A DNA stretch of 31,195 nucleotides from an uncultured Nitrospinota bacterium (GTDB taxonomy: Bacteria > JAUXIQ01): positions 6,423-37,617 of the forward strand of contig CAYVLI010000001.1 in NCBI GenBank assembly GCA_964452105.1. The letters run 5' to 3'. Each line of letters starts with the position of its first letter. Position 1 is the stretch's first letter. The position numbers and the translations under genes were made by a program. The notes beneath the pieces were generated by a model. The model did not search any database. It worked only from the letters and a program-made list of their open reading frames with translations, and was not told the origin of the DNA. Shown here piece by piece: positions 9,776 through 17,110 of the stretch.

Positions 9776-10398
9776 CACCGGGCAGGATGCCCGAAGTAAT
9801 ACAGATCCTCGACTTCGTCTATGTCTCGTTTTTCCTCCAGTGTGGACAGGTTTAACTTCATTTCCCGCGCCAGGGACATGGTGTCTTCAAAAACCGTCGA
9901 GCTTCCCCACTCTATGTTCCTGAACAGGTTGGTTTTTTTCTTCAAGCCTATCAGATAGTAGCCTCCGTCTTCAGCCGGCCCGATGACCCCATCCAATTTT
10001 TCGTCGTTTTCGAGCCCTCTGAAGGCGGCTTCTATAAAATCTTCGCTGATATCGGGGATATCGGATCCCACCAGGATGACATTGTTATAACTCTTCAGCC
10101 CGGTTTCAAAAGCGTTAAGCATCCTTTGGCCTAAATCTTCACCTCTCTGCTGCAAAATCTTTTCTTTGTTTATCAGTTCACGAAAATAGTTCTCGGCTCC
10201 GGCGACGTACAATTTTACGTCGTAACTTGTCTTCCTCACTGTGCTGCGGCTAGCAAGTGATTGGATGGTATTTCGAAGCAAATACTCATATATCGCTCTT
10301 GCCCCTGCCTCGCCTACCTTCTTTGCCAGCCTGCTTTTCACTTCCCTGGAGTTAGGATTCCTGGCAAATATTATCAACAGGTTGTTTCTCTTTTCCAA
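9763..10398 (-). CDS. rSAM/selenodomain-associated transferase 1 (TIGR04282/DUF2064-like)
   Basis: IIFARNP...VKSRLA, QRGEDLGQRM, LVGSDIP, IGPAEDGGYYLIGL, WGSSTVF, DIDEVEDL. TTG start after AGGGGG. Confidence 0.9.
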   Translation of the reverse strand: MEKRNNLLIIFARNPNSREVKSRLAKKVGEAGARAIYEYLLRNTIQSLASRSTVRKTSYDVKLYVAGAENYFRELINKEKILQQRGEDLGQRMLNAFETGLKSYNNVILVGSDIPDISEDFIEAAFRGLENDEKLDGVIGPAEDGGYYLIGLKKKTNLFRNIEWGSSTVFEDTMSLAREMKLNLSTLEEKRDIDEVEDLYYFGHPARCQQS

Positions 10399-11102
10399 TT
10401 TTCCCCCTTAACCTTTTTTATAATCTTCGGGAGGTATAACGAGAAGGCGAATAGGGCTACCGATAAGAATATTCTGTACGATATCAGTTGTCCCCAGTCG
10501 CCCGAAACCCAGACCTCTTTCAGCGTTCCGATGAGGAAGGTAAAGATAAAAGTTCCAACGGCGATGCCCAGGCCTGTCCCGGCGAAATAGTCCCAAAATC
10601 GCACTCTGGTTAGTCCCATGCCGTAGTCCATGGCGGTGAAGGGGAAATAGATCAGACGGAGGTAGAGCACCGTTGCGAAGCCGTTCCGCTCTATGGCGTC
10701 ATCGTATTTTTTCAGCCTGTTTCCTATTAGCGAGGCGGCGAAATCCCTTCCCAGGGTTCGGCCTATAAAGAAGGCGGCGCTTGCGCCTCCCATGGCGCCG
10801 ATGAACACGAAGAGGAATCCCCAGTAGGGACCGAAGATGGCTGCGCCGATGCCTGTGAGTATTGTCCCCGGGATAAACAGACATACGCCGAGGATATAGA
10901 TAACTATGTATGCGAGCGGTCCCCAGAATCCCATCGACTCCAGAAGGCCGCTCAATTTATCGATGGTGAAATAGCTTTTTAACTCCGAAAAGTAGAACAG
11001 GTAAACCGATAAGCCGATAATGGCCAAAAGCGCTGAAGCCTTTATCAAGATCTTCTTGCGATTATTTACAGGTTTTTCTACCACCACGTTCATATCTTTC
11101 AT
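10374..11102 (-). CDS. TVP38/TMEM64 (VTT/DedA-like) membrane protein
   Basis: Several TM helices, IPGTILTGIGAAIFG, GASAAFFIGR.LGR, LYLRLIYFPFTAMDYGMGLTRVRFWDYF.GT. Confidence 0.9.
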   Translation of the reverse strand: MKDMNVVVEKPVNNRKKILIKASALLAIIGLSVYLFYFSELKSYFTIDKLSGLLESMGFWGPLAYIVIYILGVCLFIPGTILTGIGAAIFGPYWGFLFVFIGAMGGASAAFFIGRTLGRDFAASLIGNRLKKYDDAIERNGFATVLYLRLIYFPFTAMDYGMGLTRVRFWDYFAGTGLGIAVGTFIFTFLIGTLKEVWVSGDWGQLISYRIFLSVALFAFSLYLPKIIKKVKGENWKRETTC

Positions 11103-11131
11103 TACTTCTCATTTTTCCCTTTTTGGCTGCT

Positions 11132-11165
11132 AAACCCGAACTCAGGTTTTGATGGCTCCTTCTCA
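11132..11165 (-). promoter_or_regulatory. Candidate bacterial SECIS element
   Basis: Minus-strand RNA: UGA-GAAGGAGCCAUCA-AAACCUG-AGUU-CGGGUUU. A 7-bp stem (one G-U pair) with GU in the loop starts 13 nt after the UGA, similar to the spacing of the E. coli fdhF SECIS. Confidence 0.6.
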
Positions 11166-12152
11166 TGTAAAACCCGTACCTGCGGCGCAGGCGTAGCAAT
11201 GGTCTGAAGTAATGATGTCGCTGCCGGGTTCCGGAGGGCCTGCCATATCTGCGATATGAGTTTTGCGGCCCCCCATGGGAAGTCCGGCGGCCAGATTAAA
11301 ATCGCAGTCGTAAAGGTATCCGTTCCAGTCCACCGAGAGGAGTGAACGACACATCAGCCCTTCGACATTCTGCGGATTGAAGTTTGAAGCGAGCATTTCC
11401 ATGTATGCCTCGAAGCCGCCTGAGCGCAGAAGCTGTCTCCTGAACCTCCCAAGGGGAGTCAGGCCGAACATGAAAAGGTTGTTAAATACTATTCCCCACT
11501 GCTTTTGCAGCAAGCTTCTGAACGCTTCTTCCACTTGTGATTCTGCGGCAGGCAGGTACGGGCCGGTGGGATTTGAAATTAGATTGAGTTCCAATCCCGT
11601 TCCCTCCTCTCCGTAACCCGCGGTGTTTAATTTTTTCAGCGCCGAAATGCTTTTTTGGAAAATGCCTTCCCCCCGCTGCGAGTCCGTTTCCAGCCGGTTT
11701 AAAGAAGGCAGTGAAGCGACGATGGCTACTCTGTACTTTAGGAACAGATGGAGAAGCCCTGACGGTCTGTCCTTTAGAATGGAAAGGTTGGAACGGACGG
11801 ATATCCTCTTGCTGCACGATGAGAGCCTCTCGATTAAGCCGGATAGCCCGGGGTGCAGTTCGGGGGCTCCGCCGGTGATGTCTATGGTTTGTAATCGGGC
11901 CCTTTTCGCAAAGTTCTCCACGGCATTTATTGTGTCTTCATCCATTAATTCCATTCTTTTGGGGCCGGCTTCCAGATGACAGTGCGCGCAGGCCTGGTTG
12001 CATAATCGACCCAGGTTGATTTGCAGGGTCTTCGTCTCCCCCTTCTTCAGTTCCAGGCCGTGTTCGGAGAGGCGCTGATGGAAAGATCGAACAACCCCCG
12101 ACTCCTCATCGAAGCAGAGCTGAACGCCTTCGGTCGTTGGTCTTGTATTCAT
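11142..12152 (-). CDS. arsS: ArsS-like radical SAM (seleno)protein (TIGR04167/DUF3641-type), probable Sec at the UGA 11163-11165
   Basis: CxxxCxxC in LCNQACAHCHLEAGP, DITGGAPE, LMCRSLLSVDWNGYLYDCDFN, HCYACAAGTGFT-UGA-EGAIKT*. The track stops at 11163. The read-through matches where homologues carry a terminal Cys or Sec before a GA motif. Confidence 0.85.
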
Positions 12153-12208
12153 TCCTTTTCTTCCATAGAAAGTTCATAGTTCAGGACCATATTTCTGCGC
12201 CTCCACAC

Positions 12209-13651
12209 TCAAGCTTCTCCTCTCAAACGGAAAAAGAGCCTGAGGAGTTTCTTCGTTCTGCCAGAGAATATTTTCGATGAGTAATAATTTCCGGCCACGC
12301 GCTTGTTTATCTCTCCGAGCGTGGGGTAGGGATGCACGCTCAGGGCCAGGGCAGAGAGCTTGACCTTCCCGCTCAGTATGGCCACCCATTCGTTGATCAG
12401 CTCACCCGCTCTCGGCCCCAGTATCTGGACGCCGATTGGTTTGCTTTTCCTATCGAGTATCATTTTTATCTTTCCTGTTATAGCGCCTTCCGTCAGGCTT
12501 CTGTCGTTGTCCTTGAACTCTTCCGTCCAGACGGAATATTCGATTCCCGAGGCCCTGGCTCTCTTTTCGTTCATCCCGATGCTTGCCAGTTCGGGATCGG
12601 TAAAAGTGCACCATGGAAGGAAGGTGTAATCGGTCTTTTTAGGCAGGTGGAAGATGGCGTTGCTTATGACGACGCCCCCTTCGTAGCCGGCAGCGTGAGT
12701 GAACAGGTGAGTTCCTGTTACATCGCCTGCGGCATAAATATGTTTTTGAGTCGTCTGCAACCTTCTGTTGACCTTTAGCCCTTTTTCATCGAATTCTACG
12801 CCGATGTCCTCGAGGCCAAGCTCGCCGATGTTTGATTCCCTGCCTATTGCCACGAGTAGTGTCTCTGCACGTAGTGAAAGAGTCTCTCCTTCACCGTTTT
12901 TCATGAAGACTTCTCTCTCGCTACCCAGGTCGTTAACACCGATAATGGAAGAGTCCAAATGGAATATTACGCCTTCCGACCTCAAGACTTGCATGACTTC
13001 GTCAGCCATGTCCCTATCTTCTTTGCTGAGGATTTGTGCACTTCTTTGCACGACGTGAATCTTAGAGCCGAGTCGGGAGAAAGCCTGAGCCATTTCCATG
13101 GCTATGGGACCTGCACCAAGCATGATCATGGATTCGGGCAGATGGTTGAGGGAAAAGAGATCTCTGTTTGTTATAAAAGCGGTTTTATCCAGGCCCTCTA
13201 TGGGGGGAATGTAGGGAGACGAACCCGTAGCTATCACCCATTTCCTGGCGGAGTGAGTTTTACCGTCTAAGTTTATGGAGCGCTCGTCTGAAAAGGTTGG
13301 CATACCGAATTCTACCTTTGCGCCCATGTCTCGAAATCTTTCGGCGGAATCGTGCGCTTGTATGGCGCTGATAACGTCTCTGATCCTTTCAGTCACTTTT
13401 TTAAAATCGGGCGGAGGCATCTCCGCAGGGAGAAGGCCGAATGTACCTACGTTTTTCGCCAGATGGTGAACGTGGGCTGTCTTGATGAGCGTCTTGCTCG
13501 GAACGCATCCGAAATGGAGGCAATCTCCTCCCAGTTCTTTTTCTTTTTCGATGAGTAGTGTTTTTGCGCCGAGTCGGGCTGCACCGGCTGCGACGGTAAG
13601 CCCTGCAGCCCCACCGCCGATTACGCCGATATCGAAATCATAATTTGCCAT
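12209..13651 (-). CDS. FAD-dependent pyridine nucleotide-disulfide oxidoreductase (mercuric reductase/dihydrolipoamide dehydrogenase-like, not MerA)
   Basis: GGGAAG FAD motif, redox pair GGDCLHFGCVPSK, GAGPIAME, IYAAGDV, HPYPT. No C-terminal Cys-Cys. ATG 13651 follows AGAGG; 13666 is an alternative start. Confidence 0.9.
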   Translation of the reverse strand: MANYDFDIGVIGGGAAGLTVAAGAARLGAKTLLIEKEKELGGDCLHFGCVPSKTLIKTAHVHHLAKNVGTFGLLPAEMPPPDFKKVTERIRDVISAIQAHDSAERFRDMGAKVEFGMPTFSDERSINLDGKTHSARKWVIATGSSPYIPPIEGLDKTAFITNRDLFSLNHLPESMIMLGAGPIAMEMAQAFSRLGSKIHVVQRSAQILSKEDRDMADEVMQVLRSEGVIFHLDSSIIGVNDLGSEREVFMKNGEGETLSLRAETLLVAIGRESNIGELGLEDIGVEFDEKGLKVNRRLQTTQKHIYAAGDVTGTHLFTHAAGYEGGVVISNAIFHLPKKTDYTFLPWCTFTDPELASIGMNEKRARASGIEYSVWTEEFKDNDRSLTEGAITGKIKMILDRKSKPIGVQILGPRAGELINEWVAILSGKVKLSALALSVHPYPTLGEINKRVAGNYYSSKIFSGRTKKLLRLFFRLRGEA

Positions 13652-13691
13652 AGGGGCCTCTATCATGCAGAAAATTTGTATAATTGCTTGT

Positions 13692-14462
13692 TTATTTTTC
13701 GTTCAGGGACCAATCGTAATCGTAGTAATCGATTTTAATTTTTCCCTTGTTACTTTCAAGGAAATTTTTGAGGTCACCTTCCGCATATATCAGGTAAAAA
13801 CCTATGATGTCGTTATCGAAGTCTTCTGAAAACCACTTGAATATCTCGTTTACGTATAGAGTATGGTACTCAATCCTGTAACGCTGCGGGTCGTTTATAA
13901 ACGTTCGCGTGGAGTCGTCCAGTTGCTGATTCAATATGTTTCCCTGATATGGTTCAGCGCGGAGAGGGGGACAACCTTTCGAAGCGCAGTTTACAGCGAA
14001 ATGCGCCCGCGGGTCTTTAAAACGGGGTCGGATAATTCCATGCTCGATGTGGTCGAGGGTGAGTCTATCACCGTCGATGCTGCAAATCTTCTTCTTCCAG
14101 GGGCTCCTGAATATATTCCCCAAATCTTTTATTGATTTAACACCAGGGTAGGCGCTCAGTATCAGCTTAATGGTACAGGCATTATATGCGTTCAGGTAGA
14201 AGGCGAGCTGTTCCTCTCTGGGGAGGTTATTTGTATCCGTTTCTTTCAGTATTTTGAGATATCTATCGAGTTTGGATTCTTCGTTTTTAAACCCTTTGTA
14301 ATCCACTATTCCTTTATCATTATATTTGATTAACAGCCTGGCGTAAAGGCTGTGGTCCACGGTATCGGTGTCTGTGCTTGCCTCAGCCTGAATTGAGAGT
14401 CCAACAAAAAAGATTAACGATAAGATTATGTAGAAACAGAATGTATTTGTTTTTGTGTTCAT
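13692..14462 (-). CDS. DUF547 domain-containing exported protein
   Basis: Signal-peptide-like N-terminus, VDYKG, LAFYLNAYNA, TLDHIEHGIIR, DPRAHFAVNCASKGCPPL, IFKWF.EDF, YDYDWSLN. GAGG RBS. Confidence 0.9.
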   Translation of the reverse strand: MNTKTNTFCFYIILSLIFFVGLSIQAEASTDTDTVDHSLYARLLIKYNDKGIVDYKGFKNEESKLDRYLKILKETDTNNLPREEQLAFYLNAYNACTIKLILSAYPGVKSIKDLGNIFRSPWKKKICSIDGDRLTLDHIEHGIIRPRFKDPRAHFAVNCASKGCPPLRAEPYQGNILNQQLDDSTRTFINDPQRYRIEYHTLYVNEIFKWFSEDFDNDIIGFYLIYAEGDLKNFLESNKGKIKIDYYDYDWSLNEK

Positions 14463-14771
14463 GATTTCCTCGGTATGAAGGATTTTTAATCATTCAACTC
14501 TCTTTTAAATGAATAACGTTATGAGATTGATTCTATTTCGGTTTTGATTTATCCGCTCAATAGTATATTTTATCTCATCCTGCAAATGAAAAAGTAATTT
14601 GTCTTACATGAACGGCAACCCCCCCCTGTTTTTTTGTTCATACATGGCTCCTGATGTGCGTTTCGTAAGCGGGGTTGAAATTGGTTTTAAAGAGAGGAGG
14701 GCGAATATGGATGCAGGGGAGGATTCGCCTTAGTATTTGATTTTTTTAATCTTCTCTTTTATATTTTGTTC

Positions 14772-14800
14772 TTGCGGTATCCTGTTTATTCTGGTAATTT
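14772..14800 (+). promoter_or_regulatory. Candidate sigma70 promoter for ilvE
   Basis: TTGCGG (14772-14777), 17 nt, then TAATTT (14795-14800) preceded by TGn (extended -10), in an AT-rich intergenic region. Confidence 0.4.
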
Positions 14801-14893
14801 TAAAAAGGAAATGTCATGTTTTACGTCGAGGGGCGGCCAGGCTTCGCCGACGGTGTGAAAAAATGGAAAGGTGCAGGGAAGGATAGAAAAGGG

Positions 14894-15808
14894 ATGGTTG
14901 AAGCGTCTAAGTATATATGGATGGATGGGGAATTCGTGCCGTGGGCGGATGCAAAAGTCCACGTTCTCACTCATACGCTGCATTATGGCATGGGTGCTTT
15001 CGAGGGGATAAGGTGCTACAAGACACCCGATGGGTCGGCCATATTCCGGCTGTACGAGCATAATAACAGGTTTTTTGATTCGGCGTTAATAGCCGGAATA
15101 AAGCTTCCTTTCTCCAGGGAAGAGATTGCTCGGGCTTGCATAGAGACCATCAGGGTCAACGAGCTGGAAGAATGTTACATCAGGCCGCTCTGGTACATCG
15201 GTTTGGGCGAGATGGGCATAAACAACAAAAATAATCCCATCCATCTGGCCATAGCGGTGTGGCGGTGGGGAGCCTACCTCGGGGATGAGGGCATCCAAAA
15301 TGGTGTTCGACTTAAAATATCCTCCATTACCAGGCACCATGTGAATATATCCATGACCAAGGCGAAGCTTTGCGGGAACTACGTCAACTCTCAACTGGCC
15401 AAAGCGGAGGCCATCGAATTGGGCTATGATGAGGCTCTCATGCTGGACAGCGCCGGATACGTGGCTGAGTGCACGGGAGAGAACGTTTTCATAGTCAGGG
15501 GTGATCTTATAAAAACACCTCCCCTTACTTCGATACTGGAGGGCATCACCAGAGACTCGGTGATGAAGATCGCCATGGATCAGGGGATGAGAGTCCGGGA
15601 AGAGCTCTTCACCAGAGATCATCTTTATACTTCGGAGGAGGCATTTCTTACGGGAACCGCAGCAGAGCTTACTCCTATCAGGGAAGTGGATAACAGGGTC
15701 GTCGGAGACGGTAAGCCGGGTCCCACCACAAAGGAACTGCAGAAACTTTTCTTCGAGGTGGTGCAGGGAGAATATCCCAAATTTAAGGGATGGCTTACCT
15801 ATATTTGA
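14894..15808 (+). CDS. ilvE: Branched-chain amino acid aminotransferase
   Basis: [36 protein letters not shown] (PLP Lys), [36 protein letters not shown] 14894 gives the usual N-terminus; 14816 (after AAGGA) is an alternative. Confidence 0.96.
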   Translation: MVEASKYIWMDGEFVPWADAKVHVLTHTLHYGMGAFEGIRCYKTPDGSAIFRLYEHNNRFFDSALIAGIKLPFSREEIARACIETIRVNELEECYIRPLWYIGLGEMGINNKNNPIHLAIAVWRWGAYLGDEGIQNGVRLKISSITRHHVNISMTKAKLCGNYVNSQLAKAEAIELGYDEALMLDSAGYVAECTGENVFIVRGDLIKTPPLTSILEGITRDSVMKIAMDQGMRVREELFTRDHLYTSEEAFLTGTAAELTPIREVDNRVVGDGKPGPTTKELQKLFFEVVQGEYPKFKGWLTYI

Positions 15809-15954
15809 GACAGCCGGAGACGGCTTCCCCTCCCCATTACAAGGGTATTGAGAATCCCTTCAAAAAGGCGCTTTGTCCTGACACAGGCTGTTGTTTTAAA
15901 TGTGCAGGAACTTGTTTGGACCATCCAACTGAGAAACATCTTTCTGGTGACAAC

Positions 15955-15986
15955 TGTGTGGGCCTCAGGCGCCCACATATTTTTTT
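15955..15986 (+). terminator. Intrinsic terminator-like hairpin directly before ntrB
   Basis: TGTGGGC (15957-15963) / GCCCACA (15971-15977) stem, extendable by G-U and U-A pairs, followed by T7 (15980-15986). Confidence 0.6.
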
Positions 15987-15993
15987 ACGGGCC

Positions 15994-17097
15994 ATGTCAT
16001 CCAACTACTTGACCGGCGAAGAGCGTCTCTATAAAAACATCCTGGACAGTTTGAAGGATGGTGTTATAACTCTGGACAAACGGCGGAGGATCATAGCTTT
16101 CAATCCTGCTATGGAGTCTATTGTCGGTGTGTCGGAGGGGCAGGTGATGCATAAGAGCCTGGCTTCGGCTCTCCCGGAGATGGGCTTTATCAGGGAAAAG
16201 ATCAACCAGGTCTTTCGCGCCGGAGAGACTTTTTCAGACTCGAACGCACGCCTGCTTAAGCGAAACGGTCAGGAATTGCCTGTAAGCCTTGTGATATCTC
16301 CGGTTACGGATGATGAGGGGAACAGCAGGGGCGCAGTTATAATGGTCAGGGACAGGAGCTATGTCGAGGACCTTCAGAGAGCGGACAGGTATGTTGAGCT
16401 GGTGAACGCTTTCCGGTTCATTTCGAACAGCATAGTCCATGAAATAAAGAACCCCATGGGGGGCATGAAAGGGGCCGCTCAGCTTCTTCAGGAGGAGTTG
16501 GACGACGACCAGTTAAGAGAATATGTCCGGGTCATTATCAACGAAGTGGATAGGGTCACGGGGCTTCTGGATGACCTCTCCAACCTCTATCAGCTGGCGG
16601 AGCTGCAACTGGAGAAGGTGAACATTCACCAGGTGCTTGACGACGTGATTATGTTGGAGACCAGCAAAGCCAGGGGGAAAGGGATAAACATATTAATGGA
16701 TTATGACCCCAGCATACCTGAGATTCCCGCGGACAGACATAAGCTCATGCAGCTTTTCATCAACATAGCCAGGAACGGTATCGAGGCCATGCCGGACGGC
16801 GGCGTTCTTACCTTCAGCACCAAAGTCTCGGATCAGTACAGGGTCACTCGCTCCAGGGGCCATCAGATCGCATCCCGCATGCTGATGGTAACCGTGGAAG
16901 ACACGGGCGAGGGGATTTCACGTGAAGACGAGGACAAGATTTTCACCCCCTACTTTACCACCAAAGAGGAGGGGACCGGGTTGGGGCTGTCCGTATGCAT
17001 GAACATAGTGGAGCAGCACGGGGGCCGCATGAAGATAAACAGCCGGCCGGGGGCGGGGACGGAGGTAGCTGTGCTTTTGCCTCTGGGCGCAGTATGA
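15994..17097 (+). CDS. ntrB: NtrB/GlnL-type PAS sensor histidine kinase
   Basis: PAS domain (ILDSLKDGVITLD...FNPA), H-box HEIKNPMGGMKGAAQLL, N-box QLFINIARNGIEAM, G1 EDTGEGI, F-box IFTPYFTTK, G2 GTGLGL. The track's upstream extension from 15790 is not domain-like; start uncertain. Confidence 0.88.
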   Translation: MSSNYLTGEERLYKNILDSLKDGVITLDKRRRIIAFNPAMESIVGVSEGQVMHKSLASALPEMGFIREKINQVFRAGETFSDSNARLLKRNGQELPVSLVISPVTDDEGNSRGAVIMVRDRSYVEDLQRADRYVELVNAFRFISNSIVHEIKNPMGGMKGAAQLLQEELDDDQLREYVRVIINEVDRVTGLLDDLSNLYQLAELQLEKVNIHQVLDDVIMLETSKARGKGINILMDYDPSIPEIPADRHKLMQLFINIARNGIEAMPDGGVLTFSTKVSDQYRVTRSRGHQIASRMLMVTVEDTGEGISREDEDKIFTPYFTTKEEGTGLGLSVCMNIVEQHGGRMKINSRPGAGTEVAVLLPLGAV

Positions 17098-17110
17098 GCC
17101 GGAGCGGGAG

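Noticed and set aside
12209-13666. Calling the oxidoreductase merA
   Set aside because: No C-terminal Cys-Cys, no HMA domain and no mer genes nearby.
14513-14522. Perfect palindrome ATAACGTTAT upstream of DUF547 as an ArsR-type operator
   Set aside because: Only 10 bp in AT-rich DNA, does not extend, and no cognate regulator is in the window. Not supportable.
9092-14678. GGGTTGA at 9092 and 14672 as att sites or target duplication of the AT-rich block
   Set aside because: Seven bases is within chance expectation, and no integrase, transposase or tRNA is adjacent.
15790-15993. Cys-rich N-terminal extension of NtrB in the ORF track (CPDTGCCFKC)
   Set aside because: It overlaps the ilvE stop, has no SD, crosses a terminator-like hairpin and precedes the normal PAS start. 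Most likely intergenic sequence that happens to be open.
14500-16000. sigma54 (-24/-12) promoters or NtrC boxes near ilvE and ntrB
   Set aside because: I found no TGGCAC-N5-TTGC or GCAC-N7-GTGC match by eye in these intergenic regions.
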